DNA of 32,000 nucleotides. Source: Mycobacterium tuberculosis H37Rv. GTDB lineage: Bacteria > Actinomycetota > Actinomycetes > Mycobacteriales > Mycobacteriaceae. The notes under the pieces are model-generated. The model made no database searches. It was not told the DNA's origin and saw only the letters and a list, made by a program, of their open reading frames with translations. Every line of letters starts with the position of its first letter. The first letter of the stretch is position 1. This document shows positions 1 to 10,355 of the stretch, in pieces. The translations under genes were made by a program, and so were the position numbers. The stretch lies in NCBI RefSeq assembly GCF_000195955.2, contig NC_000962.3, positions 3,690,001-3,722,000 on the forward strand, in the 5' to 3' direction.

Positions 1-938
1 TAGATGCCGGTCGCCAACGTCCGCGACACCCGGTCCACGGTCAGGTAATTGCCCCGGCCAAGCTGGATGCCGACCCGTTCCAGGCCCAGGCCGCTGGTGT
101 TGGGCACCGACCCGATGGTCATCAGGGCGTGGCTGCCCTCGACGGTGCGACCGTCGGTCATCGTGACGAGCACCCCGGCCCCGGTGCGGGTGACCGATGC
201 TGCCCGGGCATTTTTGAACAGCCGGACTCCCCGTTCGGCGAACGACTCTTCCAGGACCAGCGCAGCGTCAGCGTCCTCATACGGCAGCACGTGGTCCTGG
301 CTGGCCACCACCGTGACCGGCACCCCCAATTCGGTATAGGCGTCCACGAACTCAGCACCGGTAACCCCGGAGCCCACCACGATGAGGTGGTCGGGCAACG
401 CGTCCAAGTCGTAGAGCTGCCGCCAGGTCAGAATGCGCTCACCGTCCGGCTGGGCCGACGGCAGGATCCGCGGGCTGGCGCCGGTGGCGACCAGCACGAC
501 GTCGGCCTCATGCTCACTGGTGGAGCCGTCGGCGGCGGTCGCCTTAATGCGATGGCGCGCCAGACCCGGTGTGGAGTCGATCAACTCGCCCCGGCCGGCG
601 ATCACCTGAACCCCCATGCTGAGCAGCTGGGCGGTGATGTCGGCCGACTGTGCGGCGGCCAGCGTCTTGACCCGGGCATGGATTTGCGGCAACGAGATCT
701 TGGCGTCGTCGAAGTCGATATGAAAGCCCAGGTGCGGCGCTCGGCGCAGTTCGGTACGCAGCCCGGTGGAGGCGATGAACGTCTTCGACGGCACACAGTC
801 GTCCAGTACGGCAGCCCCGCCGATGCCGTCGCAGTCAATCACGGTAACTTGGGTTGTTTCCGGGTGTGAGGTGGCGGCCACCAGTGCGGCCTCGTAACCG
901 GCCGGGCCGCCACCGAGGATCACGATGCGGGTCACCAC
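1..938 (-). CDS. lpdA: FAD-dependent NAD(P)H quinone reductase / dihydrolipoamide dehydrogenase-like (partial, N-terminal part in window)
   Basis: Reverse-strand translation starts (M/V)VTRIVILGGGPAGYEAALVAATSHPETTQVTVIDCDGIGGAAVLDDCVPSKTF, a Rossmann GxGxxG followed by an Lpd-like motif. Open to the window edge. Confidence 0.93.
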   Translation of the reverse strand, partial: MVTRIVILGGGPAGYEAALVAATSHPETTQVTVIDCDGIGGAAVLDDCVPSKTFIASTGLRTELRRAPHLGFHIDFDDAKISLPQIHARVKTLAAAQSADITAQLLSMGVQVIAGRGELIDSTPGLARHRIKATAADGSTSEHEADVVLVATGASPRILPSAQPDGERILTWRQLYDLDALPDHLIVVGSGVTGAEFVDAYTELGVPVTVVASQDHVLPYEDADAALVLEESFAERGVRLFKNARAASVTRTGAGVLVTMTDGRTVEGSHALMTIGSVPNTSGLGLERVGIQLGRGNYLTVDRVSRTLATGI

Positions 939-950
939 AGCCCATAACCT

Positions 951-1080
951 AGCTCGGCGACGATGCACGCCGCGCAGCGGCGTGAGGAGGAGCCGAGCAG
1001 TCCAACACAGCTCGGCGACGATGCACGCCGCGCAGCGGCGTGAGGAGGAGCCGAGCAGTCAAGCACAGCTTGACGATGAC
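951..1080. repeat. 58-bp tandem repeat, two full units (951-1008, 1009-1066) plus a degenerate partial third; probable VNTR 3690/Mtub39
   Basis: agctcggcgacgatgcacgccgcgcagcggcgtgaggaggagccgagcagtc... repeats with an exact 58-bp period. It lies in the lpdA-Rv3304 intergenic region. Confidence 0.9.
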
Positions 1081-1140
1081 CCGCACCGCAGCGCGGCGCG
1101 ATGGGTACCACCCGAGCCCCCGCCGTCTAAGCTTTCCCCC

Positions 1141-1620
1141 GTGCCGCTCTACGCCGCCTACGGGTCGAACATGCATCCCGAGCAGATGCTCGAGCGCGCA
1201 CCCCACTCGCCGATGGCCGGAACCGGCTGGTTACCCGGGTGGCGGCTGACGTTCGGCGGCGAGGACATCGGCTGGGAAGGGGCGCTTGCCACCGTCGTCG
1301 AAGACCCAGATTCGAAGGTGTTCGTCGTGCTCTACGACATGACCCCGGCGGACGAGAAGAACCTTGACCGGTGGGAAGGCTCCGAGTTCGGCATCCACCA
1401 GAAGATCCGATGCCGCGTGGAGCGCATTTCCTCGGACACCACAACGGATCCCGTCCTCGCGTGGTTGTACGTTTTGGACGCCTGGGAGGGTGGCCTGCCG
1501 TCGGCCCGCTATCTAGGTGTGATGGCCGATGCCGCTGAGATCGCGGGCGCGCCAAGTGATTACGTACATGACTTGCGTACTCGCCCGGCCCGCAACATCG
1601 GCCCGGGAACTATTGCCTAA
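1141..1620 (+). CDS. Gamma-glutamylcyclotransferase/AIG2-like conserved protein (Rv3304), 159 aa
   Basis: GTG start at 1141 gives MPLYAAYGSNMHPEQMLE..., which carries the YGSN motif of the GGCT fold. The longer ORF from 925 reads through the tandem repeat. Confidence 0.85.
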   Translation: MPLYAAYGSNMHPEQMLERAPHSPMAGTGWLPGWRLTFGGEDIGWEGALATVVEDPDSKVFVVLYDMTPADEKNLDRWEGSEFGIHQKIRCRVERISSDTTTDPVLAWLYVLDAWEGGLPSARYLGVMADAAEIAGAPSDYVHDLRTRPARNIGPGTIA

Positions 1621-1638
1621 TTATCGCGAGCGCCCAGG

Positions 1639-2808
1639 CTAATGCGCGGCGGCCTGCTCGATGATGTTGACCATCACCCGCAGCCCGATCGCCAGGGCTC
1701 GCTCGTCGATGTCGAACGTCGGCTGATGCAGGTCCAACTGCAGTCCGTCACCGGACCACACGCCCAGTCGAGCCATCGCGCCGGGAACCTCCTCCAAATA
1801 CCAGGAGAAGTCCTCACCACCGCCGGACTGCCGGGTATCGGCCAGCACACCTGGGCCAATAGCCTCAATAGCGTGGGCGAGAATGCGTGTCGAGATTTCC
1901 TCGTTGACCACCGGCGGCACCCCCCGACGGTATTGCAGCGTGTGCTCGATCGCCAACGGTAATAGCAACGCCGAAATGGCTTGGCGGACAAGCTCCTCAA
2001 GGTCAACCCAGGTCTGCCGGCTGGCCGTGCGAACAGTGCCGGACAGAACTCCGGTTTGCGGAATGGCGTTGGCGGCCATACCCGCGTTGACCGCGCCCCA
2101 CACCAGCACGGTGCTGTTACGTGGGTCGATGCGACGCGACAGCACCCCGGGCAGCCCGGTGACCAGCGTGCCGAGCCCGTAGACGAGGTCGGCGGTCAAG
2201 TGTGGACGCGACGTGTGCCCGCCCGGCGAATACAGCGTGATTTCTATCGAGTCGGCCGCCGACGTGATGGGGCCTTGCCGAACGGCGACCTTGCCGACTT
2301 CAAGCCGGGGATCGCAGTGCAGGGCGAAGATCCGCGACACCCCGGCCAACGCGCCGGCCGCGATCGCGTCGATGGCACCACCGGGCATCAGTTCCTCGGC
2401 CGCCTGGAAGATCAACCGCACCCCCACCGGCAGCTCCGGTACCGAAGCCAATGCCAATGCGGCACCCAGCAGGATCGCGGTGTGCGCATCATGGCCACAA
2501 GCATGCGCGACGTTGGGCATGGTCGAGGCGTAGGGCGCGCCGGTCCGCTCGGCCATCGGCAGCGCATCCATATCGGCGCGCAGCGCGATCCGCGGCTGAT
2601 GCTGAGGACCGAAGTCGCAGGTGAGTCCCGTTCCACCGGGCAGCACCTTGGGGTTCAGCCCCGCGTCGGCTAACCGCTCGGCGACGAACTGGGTAGTGGC
2701 GTATTCCTGACGGCCCAACTCCGGATAGCGGTGGATGTGCCGGCGCCAGCCGACCAGGTCGTCGTGGTGGGCGGCTAGCCATGATTCGGCGGCGTCGGCG
2801 AGGCTCAT
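1639..2808 (-). CDS. amiA1: M20-family amidohydrolase/aminoacylase
   Basis: 389-aa ORF with M20 motifs (RADMDALPM, HACGHDAHTAILLGAA, EELMPGG). Confidence 0.93.
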   Translation of the reverse strand: MSLADAAESWLAAHHDDLVGWRRHIHRYPELGRQEYATTQFVAERLADAGLNPKVLPGGTGLTCDFGPQHQPRIALRADMDALPMAERTGAPYASTMPNVAHACGHDAHTAILLGAALALASVPELPVGVRLIFQAAEELMPGGAIDAIAAGALAGVSRIFALHCDPRLEVGKVAVRQGPITSAADSIEITLYSPGGHTSRPHLTADLVYGLGTLVTGLPGVLSRRIDPRNSTVLVWGAVNAGMAANAIPQTGVLSGTVRTASRQTWVDLEELVRQAISALLLPLAIEHTLQYRRGVPPVVNEEISTRILAHAIEAIGPGVLADTRQSGGGEDFSWYLEEVPGAMARLGVWSGDGLQLDLHQPTFDIDERALAIGLRVMVNIIEQAAAH

Positions 2809-3989
2809 CGCGCCGCCCTGCGCTGCTGCGCGGCCAGCACCCGGTCACGCTCATCAGGAGTCTGCGCGAGACGGACAACCGTGCGTGCCAACATGATCGC
2901 GCCGTCAACCACCGCGCGGTCGGCGCTGGCACCAGCGGAAGCGACGGTGAAGGCCCGTTGGTGCACCGTCGCCGCGCCGGCGTCCAGGCCGATCACCGGA
3001 TGGATCCCGGGCAGCACCTGCGTCACGTTGCCCATGTCGGTGCTACCCAGCGGCAGCTCTGCCTCCAAGGCTGGCAGCAACGGCTCGCGCCCCAGCCGCT
3101 GCATCTCCTCCCGGCACACGTCAGCCAGCCACGGGTCGGGTTTGAGCTCCGCGTATGCCGGTGCAGCCTCGTCGATTTCGTATTCGCACCCGGCGGCCAG
3201 CGCGCCGGCCGCAAAGCAGGCGAACATTCTGGTCTGCAGCTCGCGCAGCGAATCCGATTCGACCGCACGCATCGCATACTGCAGCCTCGCCTGCCCGGGG
3301 ATGACATTGACCGCCTGCCCGCCGTCGGTCACAATGCCGTGCACCATTTGCCCGGGCGCCAATTGCTGTCGAAGTACCCCAATAGCGACCTGCGCCACGG
3401 TCACGGCGTCGGCGGCGTTAACCCCTAGGTGCGGCGCGACGGCCGCGTGCGATTCCTTACCCCGATAGCGCACGGTGACCTCGGACAGGGCCAGTGATCG
3501 TGCGCCGGCGATATCGGTCGGCCCGGGATGGACCATCACGGCCACCGCAACGTCATCGAACGTCCCGGCCTGCAGCATCAGCGCCTTACCGCCGCCGGAC
3601 TCCTCGGCAGGGGTCCCCAGCAGAGCCACGGTCAAGCCCAGGTCGTCCGCCACCTCAGCCAGTGCCAGCGCGGTGCCCACAGCGGAGGCCGCAATAATGT
3701 TGTGCCCGCAGGCGTGTCCGATCCCGGGAAGCGCGTCGTACTCGGCGCACACTCCGACAACCAACGGTCCGCTGCCGTAGTCGGCGCGAAACGCCGTGTC
3801 CAACCCACCGGCGGCCGTGGTGATCTCGAAACCGCGTTCGGCGACCAGCGCCTGAGCCTTGGCGCAGCTGCGATGCTCGGCGAACGCCAGCTCGGGCTCG
3901 GCGTGGATGGCATGGGACAGCTCGACCAGCTCGCCACCACGGCGCCGCACCAATTCCTCGACGCGGTCGGATGCGCTGGCTGCTGGCAT
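2805..3989 (-). CDS. amiB1: M20-family amidohydrolase, paralogue of the adjacent gene
   Basis: 394-aa ORF with [15 protein letters not shown] and [12 protein letters not shown] motifs. Overlaps the start of amiA1 by 4 bp. Confidence 0.93.
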   Translation of the reverse strand: MPAASASDRVEELVRRRGGELVELSHAIHAEPELAFAEHRSCAKAQALVAERGFEITTAAGGLDTAFRADYGSGPLVVGVCAEYDALPGIGHACGHNIIAASAVGTALALAEVADDLGLTVALLGTPAEESGGGKALMLQAGTFDDVAVAVMVHPGPTDIAGARSLALSEVTVRYRGKESHAAVAPHLGVNAADAVTVAQVAIGVLRQQLAPGQMVHGIVTDGGQAVNVIPGQARLQYAMRAVESDSLRELQTRMFACFAAGALAAGCEYEIDEAAPAYAELKPDPWLADVCREEMQRLGREPLLPALEAELPLGSTDMGNVTQVLPGIHPVIGLDAGAATVHQRAFTVASAGASADRAVVDGAIMLARTVVRLAQTPDERDRVLAAQQRRAAR

Positions 3990-4053
3990 GCTCGCAGTAT
4001 CTCATCGACGAGCACCCGCTCCCCGGCGAGCGGCTCAGTTAAGCTCGCCCAGT

Positions 4054-4860
4054 GTGGCTGACCCGCGCCCCGATCCCGACGAACTGGCCCGGCGGGCGGC
4101 GCAGGTCATCGCTGACCGCACCGGGATCGGCGAACATGACGTCGCGGTCGTGCTCGGGTCGGGATGGTTACCGGCCGTTGCGGCGTTGGGCTCCCCGACC
4201 ACCGTGCTGCCGCAGGCCGAACTGCCCGGGTTTGTGCCGCCAACCGCAGCCGGGCATGCGGGCGAGCTACTGTCCGTGCCCATCGGTGCGCACCGGGTGC
4301 TGGTGCTGGCCGGTCGCATCCACGCCTACGAGGGACACGACCTGCGCTACGTCGTGCATCCGGTTCGGGCGGCCCGTGCGGCAGGGGCGCAGATTATGGT
4401 GCTCACCAACGCCGCCGGTGGGCTGCGGGCGGACCTTCAGGTCGGCCAGCCGGTGCTGATCAGCGATCACCTGAACCTGACCGCACGTTCGCCACTGGTT
4501 GGCGGGGAGTTCGTCGACCTGACCGACGCCTACTCACCGCGACTGCGGGAACTCGCCCGCCAATCCGACCCGCAGCTGGCCGAAGGCGTCTACGCCGGCC
4601 TGCCGGGGCCGCACTACGAGACACCGGCGGAGATCCGGATGTTGCAGACACTGGGCGCCGACCTGGTCGGCATGTCCACGGTGCACGAGACCATCGCGGC
4701 CCGGGCGGCGGGCGCTGAGGTACTGGGCGTATCCCTGGTGACAAATCTGGCGGCCGGGATCACCGGCGAGCCGCTGAGCCACGCCGAGGTGCTCGCCGCC
4801 GGAGCCGCATCGGCGACTCGGATGGGCGCGCTGCTAGCCGACGTGATCGCCCGGTTCTAA
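4054..4860 (+). CDS. deoD: Purine nucleoside phosphorylase
   Basis: 268-aa reading from GTG 4054 ([18 protein letters not shown]...AVVLGSGW...) with the PNP motif [14 protein letters not shown] and downstream ALGxxxxGMSTVHE. Confidence 0.93.
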
Positions 4861-4863
4861 GCC

Positions 4864-6468
4864 GTGACGCCAGAGAATTGGATCGCCCACGACCCGGACC
4901 CGCAGACGGCCGCCGAGCTCGCCGCCTGCGGCCCCGACGAGCTGAAAGCGCGGTTCAGCCGCCCACTGGCGTTCGGCACCGCGGGGTTGCGCGGGCACCT
5001 GCGGGGCGGGCCGGACGCGATGAACCTGGCGGTGGTGTTGCGCGCCACCTGGGCGGTGGCACGGGTGCTCACGGATCGAGGTCTGGCTGGTTCGCCGGTG
5101 ATCGTGGGGCGCGACGCTCGGCACGGCTCACCGGCGTTTGCCGCTGCGGCCGCCGAAGTGCTTGCCGCCGCAGGTTTTTCCGTGCTGCTTCTGCCCGATC
5201 CCGCACCCACCCCGGTGGTGGCGTTCGCGGTGCGGCACACCGGCGCCGCCGCTGGGATACAGATCACGGCGTCACACAACCCGGCGACCGACAACGGCTA
5301 CAAGGTCTATGTCGACGGCGGCCTTCAGCTCCTCGCCCCTACCGACCGGCAGATCGAAGCCGCGATGGCCACCGCGCCCCCGGCCGATCAGATCGCCAGG
5401 AAGACCGTCAACCCCAGTGAAAACCGCGCCTCCGATCTGATCGACCGTTATATCCAGCGTGCGGCCGGGGTCCGAAGGTGCGCCGGTTCGGTCCGGGTGG
5501 CCCTGACGCCGCTGCACGGGGTTGGCGGGGCGATGGCCGTCGAGACCCTTCGGCGAGCCGGTTTCACCGAGGTGCATACCGTGGCGACGCAATTCGCGCC
5601 GAATCCCGACTTCCCCACCGTGACATTGCCGAACCCCGAGGAGCCCGGAGCCACCGACGCACTGCTCACCCTGGCTACCGACGTGGACGCCGACGTCGCG
5701 ATCGCGCTGGATCCCGATGCGGATCGCTGCGCGGTCGGGATACCCACGGTGTCGGGATGGCGGATGCTGTCCGGTGACGAAACCGGTTGGCTACTAGGTG
5801 ATTACATCTTGTCGCAAACCGACGACCGGGCGTCGCCGCCGGAAACCAGGGTGGTGGCCAGCACCGTGGTGTCGTCGCGGATGCTGGCGGCGATCGCCGC
5901 GCATCACGCTGCCGTGCACGTGGAGACCCTCACCGGCTTTAAGTGGCTGGCGCGCGCCGATGCGAACCTGCCCGGCACCCTGGTGTACGCCTACGAGGAA
6001 GCGATCGGGCACTGCGTCGACCCCACCGCGGTGCGTGACAAAGACGGCATCAGCGCCGCGGTGTTGGTGTGCGATCTGGTGGCCGCGCTCAAAGGCCAGG
6101 GTCGTTCGGTGACCGACGCGCTCGACGAGCTCGCCCGATGCTACGGCGTGCATGAGGTTGCCGCCCTGTCACGCCCCGTGAGCGGCGCCGTCGAGACCAC
6201 CGACCTGATGCGACGGCTCCGCGAGGACCCGCCGCGTCGGCTGGCCGGTTTCCCCGCCACGGTCACCGATATCGGCGACACGCTGATCCTCACCGGCGGC
6301 GACGACAACATGTTGGTCAGGGTGGCGGTGCGGCCTTCTGGAACAGAACCGAAGCTGAAGTGCTACTTGGAGATTCGCTGCGCGGTGACCGGTGACCTAC
6401 CAGCTGCCCGACAGCTGGTGCGGGCGAGGATCGATGAGCTGTCGGCTAGCGTGCGGCGGTGGTGGTGA
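4864..6468 (+). CDS. pmmB: Phosphomannomutase/phosphoglucomutase family protein
   Basis: 534-aa ORF with ITASHNPATDNGYKVY and metal-binding DPDADRCAVG motifs; starts 3 nt after deoD ends. Confidence 0.93.
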   Translation: MTPENWIAHDPDPQTAAELAACGPDELKARFSRPLAFGTAGLRGHLRGGPDAMNLAVVLRATWAVARVLTDRGLAGSPVIVGRDARHGSPAFAAAAAEVLAAAGFSVLLLPDPAPTPVVAFAVRHTGAAAGIQITASHNPATDNGYKVYVDGGLQLLAPTDRQIEAAMATAPPADQIARKTVNPSENRASDLIDRYIQRAAGVRRCAGSVRVALTPLHGVGGAMAVETLRRAGFTEVHTVATQFAPNPDFPTVTLPNPEEPGATDALLTLATDVDADVAIALDPDADRCAVGIPTVSGWRMLSGDETGWLLGDYILSQTDDRASPPETRVVASTVVSSRMLAAIAAHHAAVHVETLTGFKWLARADANLPGTLVYAYEEAIGHCVDPTAVRDKDGISAAVLVCDLVAALKGQGRSVTDALDELARCYGVHEVAALSRPVSGAVETTDLMRRLREDPPRRLAGFPATVTDIGDTLILTGGDDNMLVRVAVRPSGTEPKLKCYLEIRCAVTGDLPAARQLVRARIDELSASVRRWW

Positions 6469-6469
6469 C

Positions 6470-7093
6470 TCAGCGCGGGCCGAACTGGCGATCGCCGGCA
6501 TCGCCGAGACCGGGCACAATGTAGGCGACCTCGTTAAGCCCTTCGTCGATGGCCGCAGTGAACAACCGCACGTTTGGCGCAGCCTTCTGCAGCGCCGCGA
6601 TTCCTTCTGGCGCCGCAACCACACACAGCACCGTGATATCCGCTGCACCGCGCGAGATCAGCAGACCGAGGGTGTGCGTCATCGACCCGCCGGTGGCCAC
6701 CATCGGGTCAAGCACCATGACCGGTACATCCGTCAGGTCGTCGGGCAGCGAGTCCAGATACGGCACCGGCTGGTGGGTTTGCTCGTCGCGGGCGACACCG
6801 ACAAAGCCAACGTGCGCCTCCGGCAAGGCGGCATGCGCCTCGTCGACCATCCCCAACCCCGCCCGCAACACAGGAACCAGCAGGGGTGGCTTGGTTAGCC
6901 GCGACCCGACCGTCTCGGCCAGCGGCGTACGGATCGGGACTGGCTCGCAGGGCGCATCGCGGGTGGCCTCATAGATCAACAGCAGCGTGAGCTCGCGCAG
7001 CGCTGCCCGGAAGCCGGCGTTGTCGGTGCGTTCGTCACGCAGCGTGGTCAGTCGGGCCGCGGCCAGTGGGTGGTCAACGACATGGACCTGCAC
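6470..7093 (-). CDS. upp: Uracil phosphoribosyltransferase
   Basis: 207 aa from GTG at 7093 ([23 protein letters not shown]...) with PRPP-binding [13 protein letters not shown]. Converges with pmmB. Confidence 0.93.
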
Positions 7094-7126
7094 GGCGTTG
7101 AACCCTATATAACAATCGTGGCTCGG

Positions 7127-7141
7127 TCCCCTAAAAGGGGG
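7127..7141. promoter_or_regulatory. Short inverted repeat CCCCT-AAA-AGGGG between divergent upp and sapM, with an AT-rich TATATA nearby
   Basis: Sequence ggtcccctaaaaggggg in the intergenic region. Function inferred only. Confidence 0.3.
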
Positions 7142-7197
7142 CTGATACGGGTGCGTCCATCCGCGCGACCGGTCAACCCCGTCCATATACTCCCGGC

Positions 7198-8097
7198 ATG
7201 CTCCGCGGAATCCAGGCTCTCAGCCGGCCCCTGACCAGGGTATACCGTGCCTTGGCGGTGATCGGTGTCCTGGCAGCATCGTTGCTGGCCTCATGGGTCG
7301 GCGCTGTCCCACAAGTGGGTCTGGCAGCGAGTGCCCTGCCGACCTTCGCGCACGTGGTCATCGTGGTGGAGGAGAACCGCTCGCAGGCCGCCATCATCGG
7401 TAACAAGTCGGCTCCCTTCATCAATTCGCTGGCCGCCAACGGCGCGATGATGGCCCAGGCGTTCGCCGAAACACACCCGAGCGAACCGAACTACCTGGCA
7501 CTGTTCGCTGGCAACACATTCGGGTTGACGAAGAACACCTGCCCCGTCAACGGCGGCGCGCTGCCCAACCTGGGTTCTGAGTTGCTCAGCGCCGGTTACA
7601 CATTCATGGGGTTCGCCGAAGACTTGCCTGCGGTCGGCTCCACGGTGTGCAGTGCGGGCAAATACGCACGCAAACACGTGCCGTGGGTCAACTTCAGTAA
7701 CGTGCCGACGACACTGTCGGTGCCGTTTTCGGCATTTCCGAAGCCGCAGAATTACCCCGGCCTGCCGACGGTGTCGTTTGTCATCCCTAACGCCGACAAC
7801 GACATGCACGACGGCTCGATCGCCCAAGGCGACGCCTGGCTGAACCGCCACCTGTCGGCATATGCCAACTGGGCCAAGACAAACAACAGCCTGCTCGTTG
7901 TGACCTGGGACGAAGACGACGGCAGCAGCCGCAATCAGATCCCGACGGTGTTCTACGGCGCGCACGTGCGGCCCGGAACTTACAACGAGACCATCAGCCA
8001 CTACAACGTGCTGTCCACATTGGAGCAGATCTACGGACTGCCCAAGACGGGTTATGCGACCAATGCTCCGCCAATAACCGATATTTGGGGCGACTAG
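7198..8097 (+). CDS. sapM: Secreted acid/lipid phosphatase SapM
   Basis: 299-aa ORF with an N-terminal signal region and a phosphoesterase-family pattern ([17 protein letters not shown]). Confidence 0.95.
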   Translation: MLRGIQALSRPLTRVYRALAVIGVLAASLLASWVGAVPQVGLAASALPTFAHVVIVVEENRSQAAIIGNKSAPFINSLAANGAMMAQAFAETHPSEPNYLALFAGNTFGLTKNTCPVNGGALPNLGSELLSAGYTFMGFAEDLPAVGSTVCSAGKYARKHVPWVNFSNVPTTLSVPFSAFPKPQNYPGLPTVSFVIPNADNDMHDGSIAQGDAWLNRHLSAYANWAKTNNSLLVVTWDEDDGSSRNQIPTVFYGAHVRPGTYNETISHYNVLSTLEQIYGLPKTGYATNAPPITDIWGD

Positions 8098-8120
8098 CCG
8101 CCGTCGCTATTCTGTGCCGC

Positions 8121-9383
8121 ATGGTTGCTGACCTCGTACCCATCCGCTTGAGCCTGTCCGCTGGTGACCGCTACACGCTGTGGGCTCCTCGCTGGCGGGA
8201 TGCCGGCGACGAGTGGGAGGCGTTCCTGGGCAAAGACGACGACCTGTATGGCTTCGAGAGCGTCTCTGACCTGGTCGCGTTCGTGCGCACCGACACCGAG
8301 AACGACCTGGTCGACCACCCGGCATGGCAAGACCTGACCGGAGCCCACGCGCACAACCTCAATCCGGCCGAAGACAATCAGTTCGACCTGGTCGTCGTCG
8401 AGGAACTGCTGGCTGAGAAGCCGACGGCGGAGTCAGTGGCCGCGCTGGCCGCCTCATTGGCGATCGTATCCGCCATCGGATCGGTGTGCGAACTGGCGGC
8501 AGTGTCGAAGTTCTTCAACGGCAATCCCATCCTGGGCACGGTTTCCGGCGGGCTCGAACACTTCACCGGAAAAGCCGGCAATAAACGCTGGAATTCGATT
8601 GCCGAGGTCATCGGACGCAGCTGGGACGACGTGCTCGCGGCCATCGACGAGATCATCAGCACCCCCGAGGTCGACGCTGAGCTGTCGGAAAAGGTCGCCG
8701 AGGAGTTGGCGGAGGAGCCCGAGGGCGCCGAGGAAGTGGCGGCGGAGGTGGAGGCCACGCAGGACACGCAGGAGGCGGCCGAGTCCGACGACGAGGAAGC
8801 CGACGCACCCGGTGACAGTGTCGTACTGGGCGGCGATCGGGACTTCTGGTTGCAGGTGGGCATCGACCCGATCCAGATCATGACGGGCACCGCCACCTTC
8901 TACACGCTTCGCTGTTACCTGGATGATCGACCGATCTTCCTGGGCCGCAATGGTCGGATCAGTGTGTTTGGCTCCGAGCGGGCATTGGCCCGCTATCTTG
9001 CCGATGAGCACGACCACGACTTGTCGGACCTGAGCACCTACGACGACATCCGCACGGCCGCCACCGACGGCTCGCTGGCGGTTGCCGTTACCGACGACAA
9101 CGTCTATGTGCTCAGTGGGCTGGTCGACGATTTTGCCGACGGGCCGGACGCGGTGGACCGTGAGCAGCTCGACCTGGCCGTCGAGCTGCTCCGCGATATC
9201 GGCGACTACTCCGAGGACAGCGCAGTCGACAAGGCACTCGAGACAACCCGCCCGCTGGGCCAGCTGGTGGCCTATGTGTTGGACCCCCACTCGGTCGGCA
9301 AACCCACGGCCCCGTATGCGGCGGCTGTCCGTGAATGGGAGAAATTGGAAAGGTTCGTGGAGTCGCGGCTCAGGCGCGAATAG
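8121..9383 (+). CDS. Conserved protein (Rv3311), 420 aa, with an acidic central segment
   Basis: ATG at 8121 (MVADLVPIRLSLSAGDRYTLWAPRW...); continuous ORF with an E/A-rich middle. Confidence 0.87.
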   Translation: MVADLVPIRLSLSAGDRYTLWAPRWRDAGDEWEAFLGKDDDLYGFESVSDLVAFVRTDTENDLVDHPAWQDLTGAHAHNLNPAEDNQFDLVVVEELLAEKPTAESVAALAASLAIVSAIGSVCELAAVSKFFNGNPILGTVSGGLEHFTGKAGNKRWNSIAEVIGRSWDDVLAAIDEIISTPEVDAELSEKVAEELAEEPEGAEEVAAEVEATQDTQEAAESDDEEADAPGDSVVLGGDRDFWLQVGIDPIQIMTGTATFYTLRCYLDDRPIFLGRNGRISVFGSERALARYLADEHDHDLSDLSTYDDIRTAATDGSLAVAVTDDNVYVLSGLVDDFADGPDAVDREQLDLAVELLRDIGDYSEDSAVDKALETTRPLGQLVAYVLDPHSVGKPTAPYAAAVREWEKLERFVESRLRRE

Positions 9384-9403
9384 GCACCGTCAGCCGGCGA
9401 AGG

Positions 9404-10336
9404 CTAGCCGCCGCGGCGCTTGCCGATGTCCAGGGCACACGCGGCGAGGATCGCATCCCAGTCTTCGATGTTGAAATGGCCCTTGCCGTGCGCCCAGTGC
9501 AAATCAACGTGCGGAATCGCGCGCTGCAGGTATTCGCCCATGGCGCGTGGCACGAAGGAGTCACGATCACCCAGCCAGATATGGGTAGGCACGGCCACCT
9601 CGGCGAGGTCGAAACCCCACGGCCGAAATTGCAGAAATGATTCATAGGCTGCGCCGCGGCTGCCCTGTCGGAACGCTTCGAGCTGGATGGCGCGCAGGTG
9701 GCGGCCGAAGCGTTCGTCGCTCAGCAGGTGCTTGTCGGCCGCGGGGACCGCAGCCGCCAACAACGTAGAAAACAGCCCGGGCGTGTATTTCGCGCACCAG
9801 CCGAGCGGGGCAAACAACGCACCGAATAGCCGCGGCCCGCTTCGCGCCAACCGCGCGTAGCACCGATCGGCCGCGTTGAGGCTGCGCATGATATCCGGCG
9901 TCGCCAGTGGACCCCATGGTCCGAGCGCGCCGACGAACGCTAGTCGGGTCCGCGGGATGACGGCACCGCAGGCGAATAGGTGCGGTCCCGCGCCCGAATG
10001 CCCGACCACCCCGAACTCCTCCAGCTCGAACGCGTCAGCCAGGGCACACACGTCCGCGGGCCAATCGCGAAAATTGCGTCCCGCTTGAAAGGTGGAGCGC
10101 CCGTACCCGGGCCGATCAATCGCTATCAGTCGGAAGCCGGTGCGCCGCGCGGCACCATCGGCGAAGGCCCCCTCGAGCCGCGAACTTGGCGTGCCGTGGA
10201 AGTAGAACGCTGGGTAGCCGGTGCTATCACCCCATTCCAGGTAGGCAAGCGCCCGCCCGTCGGGCAGCATGAGCACATCCGCCTCGTCGGTGCGAATGCG
10301 CTCGGGCAGCGATGGCGGTGGCCCGGTCAAGAGCAC
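9404..10336 (-). CDS. Alpha/beta hydrolase (Rv3312c)
   Basis: ORF with AYLEWGDSTGYPAFYFHGTPSSR, DRPGYGRS, a GHSGAGPH nucleophile elbow and a C-terminal His (GKGHFN). Confidence 0.87.
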   Translation of the reverse strand: MLLTGPPPSLPERIRTDEADVLMLPDGRALAYLEWGDSTGYPAFYFHGTPSSRLEGAFADGAARRTGFRLIAIDRPGYGRSTFQAGRNFRDWPADVCALADAFELEEFGVVGHSGAGPHLFACGAVIPRTRLAFVGALGPWGPLATPDIMRSLNAADRCYARLARSGPRLFGALFAPLGWCAKYTPGLFSTLLAAAVPAADKHLLSDERFGRHLRAIQLEAFRQGSRGAAYESFLQFRPWGFDLAEVAVPTHIWLGDRDSFVPRAMGEYLQRAIPHVDLHWAHGKGHFNIEDWDAILAACALDIGKRRGG

Positions 10337-10355
10337 ACCAGCGATGGTATGCCGA

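Noticed and set aside
925-1140. Long 5' extension of Rv3304 starting at 925
   Set aside because: It translates through the lpdA start region and the 58-bp VNTR. The conserved domain begins at 1141 (MPLYAAYGSN).
1639-3989. Possible novelty in the tandem amiA1/amiB1 pair
   Set aside because: Ordinary adjacent M20-family paralogues, already known in this genome; nothing unexplained.
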